DNA of 64,000 bases from Rhodobacterales bacterium (GCA_002748285.1 PDSA01000032.1:6857-70856), one strand, 5' to 3'. Counted from the stretch's first letter, positions 44,917 through 54,925 are shown. Numbers and translations are program-made. The notes: a model not told the origin generated them from the sequence alone.

Positions 44917-46104
44917 CTAGCCCCTCCCCGCGCTGCCGGTCTGATCGGTCGCGGCCCGAAGCGCGCTGGTCAGCGACCTGAGATCAGCACGCAAATCGGC
45001 AGTGGTTTCCTGACGGCCCGCCGACATTTCCTCAAGAATACGCAACAGTTGCACATCAATCGAACGCAGTCGCATCCGGCTTTCGGCATCGGCCTGCGCA
45101 CTGGCCTCGTTGTCCTGAGATTGACGTGCCAGCAAATTCAGCAGCTGCGCCTGCCCATCGGCCACCCGCTGCAACCCATCGGCCACCCCGTTATCGCGAG
45201 CCATACGGTCGGTCAGCCGCTCGACTGATGCCGCCAAAACGCCCAGCTTTTGATCCACCTGCGCCCGGCTGGCATCGGAATTGGCATAGATGTGCTGCAT
45301 GGCCTCCATCTGATCCGACATATGCTGCAACAGCCCGGTTACCATGCTCTGTTCGCCGCCATCGCCATCGCCCGAGGAAAAGCCCAGCCAGGTGATCGAC
45401 GACAACCATTCCTCAAGATCGCGGTAAAACCGGTTCTGGCCGTGGCCGGCAAACAGCTCGAGCAGCCCCACCAGCAGAGAGCCCGCCAACCCCAGCAGCG
45501 AGGATGAAAACGCCGTGCCCATGCCGCCCAGCTGTTTTTCCAGCCCGCCCATCAACCGGGCAAAGCCATTGGCCCCATCGCCGGGCGCATCGTTCGCCAG
45601 CGAGCGGATGGTTTCCACCAGCGCCGGAACCGTGGTGGCCAGACCGTAAAACGTGCCCAAAAGTCCAAGGAAAATCAACAGGTTGACGATATAACGGGTA
45701 ATGTCGCGGGCTTCGTCGATCCGGGTGGCCACCGAATCCAGAATCGAGCGCGACGAAGACGCCCCGATGCGCATATCCTGCGCCCGGCTGCCCAAAAGCG
45801 CGGCCAGTGGGGCCAGCAAAATCGGCGCTTTTTCGGTTTCGACCTGACCGGCCATCGCAAAATCTTCGATCCATTTCACCGAATAGACCAGTTGCAGCAC
45901 CTGCCAGAAACAGGCCAGCACCCCAATGGCGAACACCAGCAGGATCACCCCGTTCAGGATCGGGTTTGACAGGAAAAACGATTGCACCCGGGCAAACAGC
46001 ACGAACACCCCCAGCCCGACCAGGCCGACAATCACCAGCATGGTTAAAATTTGCGTAATCGGTTGCGTGAACCGGGTGTTGCTGTCCTGGAATTGCTGCG
46101 CCAT
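44917..46104 (-). CDS. MotA/TolQ/ExbB-family proton-channel protein with ~170-residue C-terminal helical tail
   Basis: Four hydrophobic helices. Family blocks FLGLLGTFYGL and GTAFSSSLLGLAGSLLVG. Start preferred at ATG 46104 (AGGAAG upstream); the track ORF begins at GTG 46122, which has no SD. Confidence 0.8.
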   Translation of the reverse strand: MAQQFQDSNTRFTQPITQILTMLVIVGLVGLGVFVLFARVQSFFLSNPILNGVILLVFAIGVLACFWQVLQLVYSVKWIEDFAMAGQVETEKAPILLAPLAALLGSRAQDMRIGASSSRSILDSVATRIDEARDITRYIVNLLIFLGLLGTFYGLATTVPALVETIRSLANDAPGDGANGFARLMGGLEKQLGGMGTAFSSSLLGLAGSLLVGLLELFAGHGQNRFYRDLEEWLSSITWLGFSSGDGDGGEQSMVTGLLQHMSDQMEAMQHIYANSDASRAQVDQKLGVLAASVERLTDRMARDNGVADGLQRVADGQAQLLNLLARQSQDNEASAQADAESRMRLRSIDVQLLRILEEMSAGRQETTADLRADLRSLTSALRAATDQTGSAGRG

Positions 46105-46193
46105 CTGCGGTGCTTCCTGCACTTATGATATTGAGTTGCGCGGATGTTACCGGCTTGCCGGGCTTATGCCAACAGGGATTTTCAGATCAGAGC

Positions 46194-46730
46194 TCAGACC
46201 AAAGCCCGAACCCGCCCCGATAGCCAATCCAGCTCATCATCTGAGATGCCCAGCTCATGCAGATGCGCTGCGGTATTGTGCAGATAATCGGCATTGGGGC
46301 CGCGGGCACCGTGGGCATGGGCGATGATCCCGGCTTGCTGCTCCAGCGTCAGCCCGCCGCAATACTGCGCATGATGGGCGTCAATCACATAGGTCACCGC
46401 CTGCACATTGGCCCCGCTGCGCAGCTCAACCGGATGCTGAATTTCCAGATAGGCTTCGGAGACCAGCTCGCGCTCGCGCAAATAATCCATCACATCAGCG
46501 GCATTTTGCGGTGCGACCTGAAACGCCAGACCATCGCAATGCGCCCCTTTCAGCTGATCCAGCGCCAGCACCAGCCCCGGATTTTCAGCCGTGCCGCGAT
46601 AATGGATCGAATGCATACAGAACGCCCGGTGATAGCCATGCAGCCGGGCAATCTGTTTGTCGCAATACTCAAACCCCGGATCCCACATCAGCGACCCATA
46701 GCCGAATACCCAAAGCGGCGTTTCTGTCAT
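46194..46730 (-). CDS. chaC: ChaC-family gamma-glutamylcyclotransferase
   Basis: WVFGYGSLMWDPGF N-terminal motif and the catalytic Glu region YLRERELVSEAY. Start at ATG 46730. Confidence 0.85.
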   Translation of the reverse strand: MTETPLWVFGYGSLMWDPGFEYCDKQIARLHGYHRAFCMHSIHYRGTAENPGLVLALDQLKGAHCDGLAFQVAPQNAADVMDYLRERELVSEAYLEIQHPVELRSGANVQAVTYVIDAHHAQYCGGLTLEQQAGIIAHAHGARGPNADYLHNTAAHLHELGISDDELDWLSGRVRALV

Positions 46731-46803
46731 AAATTCTGGTCCTTTCCGGTTTGGCGCGGTAAAGACCGATTGAACGCAAATGAAATGAGGACGCAAGGAA
46801 AAG

Positions 46804-47802
46804 ATGCGCCTATTGTCTATTTTTGCCGCTTTGGCGGCTGTGCTGTGGTCGGGCTATTGGTTTGGGGGCTCTTCTGTTTTGCAACAGCAGCTGGAGCAGC
46901 AACTGGCGGCGCGGTTTGGCGCGGATGATGCGGTGCAGATCAGCCATCAGGGGCTGTCGGTCACGGGCTTTCCCGGCCGGTTTGATCTGAGCCTGCGTGA
47001 TTTCACGCTCACCGATCCCGGCAATCGCCTGCGCTGGTATGCGCCCGATTTGCAGATTCAGGCCGCCAGCTATCACCCGCACAAAGTCACGGTTGCTCCG
47101 GGCGGCCGGCAGGTGTTGCAGATCAACGGCCAGCAGTTGCGGATCGAGAGTCAGGCGCTCACCGCCACGGTGGCGCTGTCGACACAGGCGCTGCTTCGGG
47201 GGGCGCAGATATTGGAGATGGCGCAGATCAAAGCCAAAGCGCTTGAGCTCAGCGCCCGCCAATGGGGGGCGTTGCAGCTGGACGCGGCGCAGATGGATGC
47301 CACCCCGGCCACCGATCTTTACGACCTTTATCAGCTCGACCTCACCGCCACCACGCTGCGCCTGCCCGATGCTTTGCGCCAGCAGCTGGATCCGGCCACA
47401 CGCCTGCCTGAGCAGATCGAGCAGATGCACCTGCGCGGCCTTGTGCGTCTGAAAAGCCCGCTGGATCTGACCAAACGGGTCAGGCTGTCGGGGATCAAAA
47501 TTCGGGATTACCGGCTGAATTGGGGCGAAGTGCAGCTGAGCGGGCATGGGGATTTGCAGCTGGATCGAAAGGGGTATCCAACCGGAGAGCTCCAGCTGGT
47601 GGTGCATGGCTGGCAGTCGGTTTACCAGATGGCCAAAGATGCGGCGCTGTTTGATCCGAGCTATGAACGCGCGATTTACAGTGCGCTTGAATCGGCGGCC
47701 AAACTGTCAGAAGCGGCGGATGGCATCACCCTGCCGGTCAGATTTGCCGAGCGCCAGATATTTGTCCTGGGGCTGCCCATCGCCCCCGCTCCACGGTTAT
47801 AA
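46804..47802 (+). CDS. DUF2125-like envelope protein
   Basis: The N-terminal anchor MRLLSIFAALAAVLWSGYWF and overall length and pattern match my recollection of alphaproteobacterial DUF2125. AAGGAAAAG lies upstream of the ATG. Confidence 0.6.
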   Translation: MRLLSIFAALAAVLWSGYWFGGSSVLQQQLEQQLAARFGADDAVQISHQGLSVTGFPGRFDLSLRDFTLTDPGNRLRWYAPDLQIQAASYHPHKVTVAPGGRQVLQINGQQLRIESQALTATVALSTQALLRGAQILEMAQIKAKALELSARQWGALQLDAAQMDATPATDLYDLYQLDLTATTLRLPDALRQQLDPATRLPEQIEQMHLRGLVRLKSPLDLTKRVRLSGIKIRDYRLNWGEVQLSGHGDLQLDRKGYPTGELQLVVHGWQSVYQMAKDAALFDPSYERAIYSALESAAKLSEAADGITLPVRFAERQIFVLGLPIAPAPRL

Positions 47803-47953
47803 AGGCGCAGATAAAAGAGGCACGCCCCATCCTAATGTCCCGCCCGGAGGCCGGGCGGAACAGATTGGAGATGTGCAACTTAGAGCGTTAAGTGATACTC
47901 TATGTTTCAGGTATTTCGTCAAACGCTATAAAGCGCTGCAATCACCGCACGCC

Positions 47954-48868
47954 CTACCGGCAATACGGCCCCGAACGATAGCCGGCGGTGTCAAAATGGA
48001 AATGATCCTGATGGTATTTATTGGCATTCGGCCCCAGAACCGTGCCAAACGGCCCACAAGCGGCCTTGTGCATCCGTTTCAGAATCGGCCCCGTCCCAGC
48101 CGCCCGCCAGCCTTTGAGAACGGTGATGGTCTCGCCATTTTTCAGGGTAAAGGCGGCAATATCAATCGCCTTGCCCTTGGCATGTTCTGACAATTTACCA
48201 CCACGCTTGTTGTTGCGATTGCGACAGGCATAATGGGCCACAACCCGTATGGATTTAAGCCCCCCGCCCCGGCGGCCAATCGCTGGTTTGGCCCCATTAT
48301 GCACCCATCGTTTCAACGCCTTGGCCGTGGTGCAATTCAAAATCGCCGGCGTGCTGAGCGTCACCCCATCCACCGCCGTCACCTTGACCGGATGCGCAAT
48401 GCCACAGGCGCTGATCCGCCCCCGCACCGGCGCAATTGCCTGACCGCGAATGGCGCGATCTCCGCAAACCGAGCCCTGCTTGGGCCCCAGTTGCTCGGGC
48501 GCGAGCCGGCTGTATTTTTTCGCCGCCTTGCGCGCTTTTCTGATGATCCGCGCCATGTTGCGTGGCCGGTGCTTGGGCCGGGCCGACCGCAGCGGGCCGT
48601 TGCCCGCCACAACCACCGGCCCTTCAACCGCCGCCAACACCGGATTAGGCAAAACAGATGCGGGCAAAGCCGGTGCAGGTGAACGCCCGGGGCGTGGTTT
48701 GGGGCGAATCCGGGCTTTATAGTAAACTGGCATCATTACCTGACGCGGCGCATAGCTGGTGATGCCCAACGGGCGGGCTTCGGGCCGCAAAGAGCGCAGC
48801 GGGGCCTGACCCCAAGCCCCCTGCCCCCACAGCATCACCATCAGCACCAGATATAAAGCCTGTCGCAT
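47954..48868 (-). CDS. extensin-like C-terminal domain protein (secreted, Pro/Arg-rich N-terminal half)
   Basis: Signal peptide. C-terminal block CGIAHPVKV...LNCTTAKALKRWV...HYACRNRNN...SEHAKGKAIDIAAF...YHQDHFHFD is typical of the bacterial extensin-like domain. Confidence 0.7.
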   Translation of the reverse strand: MRQALYLVLMVMLWGQGAWGQAPLRSLRPEARPLGITSYAPRQVMMPVYYKARIRPKPRPGRSPAPALPASVLPNPVLAAVEGPVVVAGNGPLRSARPKHRPRNMARIIRKARKAAKKYSRLAPEQLGPKQGSVCGDRAIRGQAIAPVRGRISACGIAHPVKVTAVDGVTLSTPAILNCTTAKALKRWVHNGAKPAIGRRGGGLKSIRVVAHYACRNRNNKRGGKLSEHAKGKAIDIAAFTLKNGETITVLKGWRAAGTGPILKRMHKAACGPFGTVLGPNANKYHQDHFHFDTAGYRSGPYCR

Positions 48869-48877
48869 CCCAAAACC

Positions 48878-49792
48878 TTAATGTTTGACCCGCCCGAAAT
48901 CCGGGGCATCCGTATCCTGACCGGCTTCGATAATGCCGCGCCGGATCGCACGGGTGTGGTTGAAATAGTCGAACAAATGATCGCCATCGCCGGTGCGGAT
49001 CGCCCGTTGCAGGGCGAACAGCTCTTCGGTGAAGCGGCCCAGAATTTCCAGCGTGGCCTCTTTGTTGTTCAGAAACACATCGCGCCACATGGTCGGATCA
49101 GATGCCGCAATCCGGGTGAAATCGCGAAAACCCGCGGCCGAGTAATTGACCACTTCGCTATCGGTCACACGCGAGAGATCATCGGCCACCCCGACCATGG
49201 TATAAGCAATCAGATGCGGCGCATGGCTGGTCACGGCCAGCACCAGATCATGGTGATCAGCGTCCATCTCATCGACCTTGGCGCCCATGCCGGACCACAG
49301 CTGTTTCAGCCGCGCAACCGCCGCCGGATCGCTGCCCGCAACCGGCACGATCAGGCACCAGCGATTGTCGAACAGCTCGGCAAAGCCCGCGCGCGGGCCG
49401 GATTGCTCGGTGCCCGCCAGCGGATGCGCCGGGATGAAATGCACCCCGTCCGGGATATGCGGCTGCACCGCGTCAATCACCGCGCGTTTGACCGAGCCGA
49501 CATCCGAAACCGTCGCCCCCGCCTTCAGATGCGGCCCGATTTCCGCCGCCACCTGCGCCATCGCGCCCACCGGCACGCACAGCACCACCAGATCAGCGTC
49601 CTTGACCGCCTCGGCCGCGCTGTCGGCCACCCGGTCACACAGGCCGATTTCGGCGGCAATCTGCCGGGTCTGCTCGGAACGCGCATAGCCGACGATTTCG
49701 CCCACCAGATCGCCCCGGCGCATCGCATGCGCCATCGAACCCGCAATCAGCCCCAGCCCGATCAGCGCCACACGGTCATAGACATGCCCCAT
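48878..49792 (-). CDS. tyrC: prephenate/arogenate dehydrogenase
   Basis: Rossmann VALIGLGLIAGSMA, SDVGSVK and IPAHPLAGTE. ATG 49792 overlaps the hisC stop by 1 nt. Confidence 0.88.
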   Translation of the reverse strand: MGHVYDRVALIGLGLIAGSMAHAMRRGDLVGEIVGYARSEQTRQIAAEIGLCDRVADSAAEAVKDADLVVLCVPVGAMAQVAAEIGPHLKAGATVSDVGSVKRAVIDAVQPHIPDGVHFIPAHPLAGTEQSGPRAGFAELFDNRWCLIVPVAGSDPAAVARLKQLWSGMGAKVDEMDADHHDLVLAVTSHAPHLIAYTMVGVADDLSRVTDSEVVNYSAAGFRDFTRIAASDPTMWRDVFLNNKEATLEILGRFTEELFALQRAIRTGDGDHLFDYFNHTRAIRRGIIEAGQDTDAPDFGRVKH

Positions 49793-50877
49793 CACTTGCC
49801 CTCCTTGAAACCGGCAATCGCATGGGCCACCCGCCGGCACGCCGCCTGATCGCCAATGGTGATACGCAGACAGTTGGGCAGATTATACCCCCTGACCAGC
49901 CGCGTGATCAGCCCCTGTTTTTGCAGATAAGCATCACAGGCCAGCGCCTCATCTTCGCTGCCAAACCGGGCCAGAATGAAATTGGCGTGCGATTCATCAG
50001 AAGGCACCCCGATCTCGGCCAGCGCCTGGGCCAGCCAAGCGCGGTTGGCGGTGTTTTTGTCGCGGCATTCGGTGACGTAATCCTGATCCTTGACCGCCGC
50101 AATCGCGGCCTCCATCTGCGCTTGTGACAAGTTGAACGGCCCGCGCACCCGGTTCAGCACGTCAATCACCTGCTGCGGCCCATAGCCCCAGCCAATGCGC
50201 AATCCCCCCAACCCATAGATTTTGGAAAAGGTGCGCAACATCATCACATTATCCCGCGCCTGCACCAGCGCCGCGCCACCGTCAAAGCCCTGCACATATT
50301 CGGCATAAGCCCCATCCAGCACCAGCAGCGCCTGCGGCGGCAGACCATCGGCCAGCCGGGCGACCTCGTCACCGCCGATCATGGTGCCGGTGGGGTTGTT
50401 CGGGTTGGCGATAAACACCAGACGGGTCTTATCGGTGCAGGCGGCCAGCAGCGCATCCACATCCGTGACCCGCTCACGTTCTTTGGCCTGCACCGGGGTG
50501 GCCCCGGCGGCCAGCGCCGAGATCCGATACATCGAGAACCCATGTTCGGTAAACAGCACCTCATCGCCGACGCCGGCATAGGCCTGACACAGAAACGAGA
50601 TCAGCTCATCCGAACCGGCACCGCAAATGATCTGCTCAGGATTCAGCCCATGCACTTTGCCAATCGCCTGACGCAGCGCCAGATGGTCGCTTGAAGGGTA
50701 GCGGTGCAGCTGATGCGCGGCATCGCGAAACGCCTTTTGCGCCGCCGGGCTGGGCCCGAATGGGTTTTCATTCGAAGACAGCTTGATGCTGTCCTTTACC
50801 CCTTCCACCGCCGCTTTGCCGCCCTGATAGAGACTGATCTCTAAAATGCCCGGTTGCGGCCTGATCTTTGCGCCCAT
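49792..50877 (-). CDS. hisC: histidinol-phosphate aminotransferase
   Basis: [14 protein letters not shown]-terminal motif, and the [19 protein letters not shown]-lysine block. Confidence 0.92.
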   Translation of the reverse strand: MGAKIRPQPGILEISLYQGGKAAVEGVKDSIKLSSNENPFGPSPAAQKAFRDAAHQLHRYPSSDHLALRQAIGKVHGLNPEQIICGAGSDELISFLCQAYAGVGDEVLFTEHGFSMYRISALAAGATPVQAKERERVTDVDALLAACTDKTRLVFIANPNNPTGTMIGGDEVARLADGLPPQALLVLDGAYAEYVQGFDGGAALVQARDNVMMLRTFSKIYGLGGLRIGWGYGPQQVIDVLNRVRGPFNLSQAQMEAAIAAVKDQDYVTECRDKNTANRAWLAQALAEIGVPSDESHANFILARFGSEDEALACDAYLQKQGLITRLVRGYNLPNCLRITIGDQAACRRVAHAIAGFKEGK

Positions 50878-51034
50878 AATTCACACTCCTGGTTGTCAAA
50901 GCCTCTTACCCCAAGCCAGAGGCCATGGCCAGACGGATCAGATCAAAGCTGAGCAGCGTTGCCCGCTTGCCATCCTCCCAAAAAACCGGGGGAGGAAAAA
51001 AGACCGACTCGGGCGCGAAAAACAGACCTGCAGA

Positions 51035-52927
51035 TCAGTCCTCGATCCACTCCCAGGGCCGGGTGAACTCGCCCAGCAAATGCAGCACCGCTTCCTTATC
51101 AACCGCGCCGGTGGTCTCGATCCGCGCCACCAGACCGCGTTTACGGCAATCAATCACCTCGACCACCCGCGCCGGATGCCCGGCCTTTTTCAGAACCTTG
51201 TTGTAAATGCGCGTGATCGCCATTTTGCGCAGATCGGGCTTGAACACCTTGCCCACGGCGGTTTTGGGAAGCTCCGGCAGGATCTCGAGATATTTCGGAG
51301 CCGCCGCGCGTTCATGCACATGGGTTTTGGCATAGGCCAGCAGATCCTCCACCGTGGCGCTGGCCCCGTCGATCAACTCGACATAGGCGCAAGGCAGCTC
51401 GCCCGCGAAGCTGTCGGGCTGGCCGATTGCGCCCACGACCGACACTGCGGGGTGGCCGGACAGCGCCTCTTCAATCTCGGCCGGGTCAATATTGTGGCCG
51501 CCGCGAATGATCAGATCCTTGGCCCGGCCCGTGATCCACAAATAGCCATCCTGATCCAAACGCCCCAGATCGCCGGTGCGCACATATTTGTCCTCGGGAA
51601 ACAGGCCGGTATTCTTGCTGGCATCGGTATAGGTATGGCCGGCAAACACGCCGGGGCTGGACAAGCAGATTTCGCCGACCTCGTCAATTTCGCATTCCTT
51701 GACGATATTGCCGGCCTCGTCACATTTCAAAATCCGCACTTCAGTATAGGGAAACGGCAAACCGACCGAGCCAATCTTCTTTTCCCCATCCACCGGGTTG
51801 ATCGACACCAGACAGGTGGCCTCGGTCAGGCCATAGCCTTCGACCACCTGCACCCCGGTGGCAGTGCTGAAGCGGTTATAAAGCTCAACCGGCAGCGGGG
51901 CAGAGCCGGAAAAGGCGATTTTCAGGCAAGACACATCCGCATCGACCGGGCGCTGCATCAGGGCGGAAATCGCGGTGGGCACGGTCAGCATGAATGTGAC
52001 CTGCCAGCGCTCGATCAGCTTCCAGAAATTGGCAAACACGCCATCGCCGCGATAGCCCGCCGGGGTGGGCAGCACCAGATGCGCCCCCGACGCAATCGCC
52101 GACATCACCGCCACATGCACGCCGAACACATGGAACAGAGGCAGCGGGCAGAACAGCACATCATGTTCGTTAAACAACAGCGTGCTGCCGATCCAGCCAT
52201 TATAGATCATGCCCGAATATTTATGCTGCACCACTTTGGGCATCCCGGTGGTGCCGCCGGTGTGGAAATAGGCCGCCACCCGGTCACCGCTGGAATCGGG
52301 GAAATCCAGCTCGGTGTTCTGGCGGGCCAGCTCTTTGGTGAAATCCAGCACTTTGGCCTGATGAGAGGTCGGGTTTTTCGGCCGGATCATCCGCGCGATC
52401 CAGCTTTTGGGTGGACTGAGATAGCGCACCAGATCGACCTCCAGCACGGTCTCAACCCCGGGGGTCAGCGCCACCGCTTCGGCAGCCAGCTGTGCGACAT
52501 TGGTTTTGGGCGCGCTTTTCAGCGTCACCAGCACTTTGGCCCCGGTTTCGCGCAGGATCCCGGCGATCTGTTCGGCGTCCAGCAACGGGTTGATCGGGTT
52601 GACGATGCCCGCCATCATCCCCCCCAGCAGGGTAAACAGAGTTTCATTGGCGTTGGGCAGCAGATAGGCCACCACGTCTTTTTCCCCCACCCCAAGGGCG
52701 CGAAACAGATTGGCGGCCTGAACGGATTTGTTGCGGAACTGCTGCCAGGTCAGGGTCTCGGCCGGATCAGTCGGGCCCGAGGTCAGTTGAAAGCTGAGCC
52801 CTTTGCGCGGGCCAAAGCGTTCGGCGGTACGGTTCAGAAACTGATACATGGTGGCCGGCAGGTCGCGCTCCTGCCAGGGCTGTTGCTGTTCTATCGCCTT
52901 GCAATCGTCCAAGGTTTCAAATTTCAT
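51035..52927 (-). CDS. acyl-CoA synthetase (AMP-binding, ~630-aa long form)
   Basis: YFHTGGTTGMPK AMP-binding motif, EGYGLTE, YVRTGDLGR, and PKTAVGKVFK. GGGGAGAG lies upstream of ATG 52927. Confidence 0.88.
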   Translation of the reverse strand: MKFETLDDCKAIEQQQPWQERDLPATMYQFLNRTAERFGPRKGLSFQLTSGPTDPAETLTWQQFRNKSVQAANLFRALGVGEKDVVAYLLPNANETLFTLLGGMMAGIVNPINPLLDAEQIAGILRETGAKVLVTLKSAPKTNVAQLAAEAVALTPGVETVLEVDLVRYLSPPKSWIARMIRPKNPTSHQAKVLDFTKELARQNTELDFPDSSGDRVAAYFHTGGTTGMPKVVQHKYSGMIYNGWIGSTLLFNEHDVLFCPLPLFHVFGVHVAVMSAIASGAHLVLPTPAGYRGDGVFANFWKLIERWQVTFMLTVPTAISALMQRPVDADVSCLKIAFSGSAPLPVELYNRFSTATGVQVVEGYGLTEATCLVSINPVDGEKKIGSVGLPFPYTEVRILKCDEAGNIVKECEIDEVGEICLSSPGVFAGHTYTDASKNTGLFPEDKYVRTGDLGRLDQDGYLWITGRAKDLIIRGGHNIDPAEIEEALSGHPAVSVVGAIGQPDSFAGELPCAYVELIDGASATVEDLLAYAKTHVHERAAAPKYLEILPELPKTAVGKVFKPDLRKMAITRIYNKVLKKAGHPARVVEVIDCRKRGLVARIETTGAVDKEAVLHLLGEFTRPWEWIED

Positions 52928-53089
52928 CACGCTCTCCCCCATTTTGCCCCGGTGCCCGGTGACGGCGGCCAAGGATGTTATTCGAAAGAGGATGCGCTGA
53001 AATGGCGAAAGAGGCAAGGGGGTGGGGAAATGCGGGCCTGCAAAACGGTGAAATAACCAGACATTTTCACAGCGCTGCGCTCGCCATTT

Positions 53090-53113
53090 CTGCCCCGCCC
53101 GGCCGATAGGCCG
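53090..53113. repeat. 24-nt GC-rich extragenic repeat, copy B
   Basis: Identical to 20605-20628. Lies 22 nt beyond the stop of the ABC exporter gene. Confidence 0.55.
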
Positions 53114-53134
53114 TCCCTAAGCCTGCTTGCCGGA

Positions 53135-54925
53135 TTACCCCGCCGCGCCATCGGTAAATTGCAACCGCGCCAGACGGGCATAGAGCCCCTGCTGCGCCAC
53201 CAGCTCGTCATGGCTGCCTTCGGCCACGATCTGACCGTTTTCAAACACCAAAATCCGATCCGCCTTTTTCACCGTTGCCAGACGATGCGCCACGATCACG
53301 GTGGTGCGCTCGGCCGCCATCAGCTCAACCGCCTGCTGCACCGCGCGCTCGCTTTCGGCATCCAGCGCCGAAGTCGCCTCGTCCAGCAGCAAAACCGGCG
53401 CATCGCGCAAAATCGCCCGGGCAATAGCGATGCGTTGCCGCTGCCCGCCCGATAGCATCACGCCGCGCTCGCCCAGATAGGTGTCATAGCCCTGCGGCAG
53501 AGCCTCGATGAAGTCATCCGCAGCCGCAGCCCGAGCGGCGGCCTTGACCTCGTCATCGCTGGCGTCGATCCGGCCAAAGCGGATGTTTTCCAGCGCCGTA
53601 TTGGCAAAGATGATCGGGTCTTGCGGCACCAAAGACAGCTGTTGCCGGAACTGATCGCGGGCCAGATCGCGCAGATCGACCCCATCCAGCAACACCGCCC
53701 CGCCCTGCGGATCGTAAAACCGTTGCAGCAGTTGAATGATGGTGGTTTTGCCCGCGCCCGACGGGCCCACCAGCGCCACGGTCTCGCCGGGTTTGATGGT
53801 CAGGCTGACATGATCCAGCGCCGGATGATCCGGGCGGGCCGGATAGGCAAAGGCAACATCTTCAAACCGCAATTCGCCCTTGACCGGGGCGGGCAGTTGC
53901 GCCGGCACCGCCGGGTCGGTGACACTATCGGCGGTTTCCAGCAGCTCAACCAGACGCTCGGTCGCCCCGGCGGCGCGCTGCAGATCGCTCCAGATTTCCG
54001 AAAGCGAGCCCACCGCACCGGCCACCAAAATGGCATAGATCAGGAATTGCACCAACACGCCGGCGCTCATCGCGCCGGTCTGCACATCGCGCGCCCCGAT
54101 CCACAGCACCCCGACAATGCCGGAAAAGATCAGGAAAATCACGATGCCGGTCATCCAGGCGCGGGTGCCGATGCGCCGATGCGCAGCGACAAAAGCGTGT
54201 TCGGTGACCTCGTTAAAGCCGTCAATGATCGTCGCCTCGCGGGTAAAGGATTGCACCGTCTGCACCGCGCCCAGCGATTCCGAAGCCGCGCCCGAGCTGT
54301 TGGCGATCCAATCCTGATTGGTGCGGCTCAGGCTGCGCAACCGCCGCCCCAGAACCACGATCGGCACCACCACCACCGGCACGATCAGCAACACCAGCCC
54401 GGTCAGCTTGGCGCTGGTGAACAGCATCAACAACATGCCACCGATCAGCAGCAGCACATTGCGCAGCGCCACCGAAATTGACGATCCGATCACCGTCTGA
54501 ATCACCGTGGTATCGGTGGTGATTCTGGACAGGATTTCACCCGTCATGATGCGCTCAAAAAAGGCAGGGCTGAGCGTGATCACCCGTTCAAACACCGCTT
54601 TGCGGATATCGGCCACCACCCGTTCGCCCAGCCGGGACACCAGATAATACCGCAGCCCCGTGCCCACCGCCAACAGCGTGGCCAGCACCAGAGCAGCGAC
54701 GAAATAATCATCCAGCAGCCCGGTGTCGTTTTCGCTGAATCCATCAATCACCCGGCGCACCGCCAGCGGCAAAACCAGCGACACAACCGCCGTCAGAACC
54801 AGCGCAAAGCCGGAAAACGCCACCATGAGTTTATAGGGGCGCAAGAACGGGAACAGACCAGACAGAGCCCCGATTTTTTTGGATTTTTCCCGAGCATCTG
54901 TCTCTGCGGTATTGTTTCGCGCCAT
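53135..54925 (-). CDS. ABC exporter, fused permease/ATPase (ABCB/MsbA-like)
   Basis: Six N-terminal TM helices. Walker A GPSGAGKTT, signature LSGGQRQRIAIARA, Walker B LLLDEATSALD. Start at ATG 54925. Confidence 0.9.
   Translation of the reverse strand: MARNNTAETDAREKSKKIGALSGLFPFLRPYKLMVAFSGFALVLTAVVSLVLPLAVRRVIDGFSENDTGLLDDYFVAALVLATLLAVGTGLRYYLVSRLGERVVADIRKAVFERVITLSPAFFERIMTGEILSRITTDTTVIQTVIGSSISVALRNVLLLIGGMLLMLFTSAKLTGLVLLIVPVVVVPIVVLGRRLRSLSRTNQDWIANSSGAASESLGAVQTVQSFTREATIIDGFNEVTEHAFVAAHRRIGTRAWMTGIVIFLIFSGIVGVLWIGARDVQTGAMSAGVLVQFLIYAILVAGAVGSLSEIWSDLQRAAGATERLVELLETADSVTDPAVPAQLPAPVKGELRFEDVAFAYPARPDHPALDHVSLTIKPGETVALVGPSGAGKTTIIQLLQRFYDPQGGAVLLDGVDLRDLARDQFRQQLSLVPQDPIIFANTALENIRFGRIDASDDEVKAAARAAAADDFIEALPQGYDTYLGERGVMLSGGQRQRIAIARAILRDAPVLLLDEATSALDAESERAVQQAVELMAAERTTVIVAHRLATVKKADRILVFENGQIVAEGSHDELVAQQGLYARLARLQFTDGAAG

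Noticed and set aside
42871-46104. Calling the MotA/MotB-like pair a Zorya (ZorAB) anti-phage system
   Set aside because: - No zorC/zorD, zorE or other effector-like gene (helicase, nuclease, HNH) is adjacent.
- The long coiled coil is on the B subunit rather than the A subunit.
- The neighbourhood looks like core envelope genes rather than a defence island.

I keep it as an uncharacterised stator-like module, not as a defence system.
50846-53056. 736-aa plus-strand ORF across the acyl-CoA synthetase locus
   Set aside because: It is antisense to a gene with clear AMP-binding motifs. It has no motifs of its own and is Arg/Gly/His/Pro-rich.
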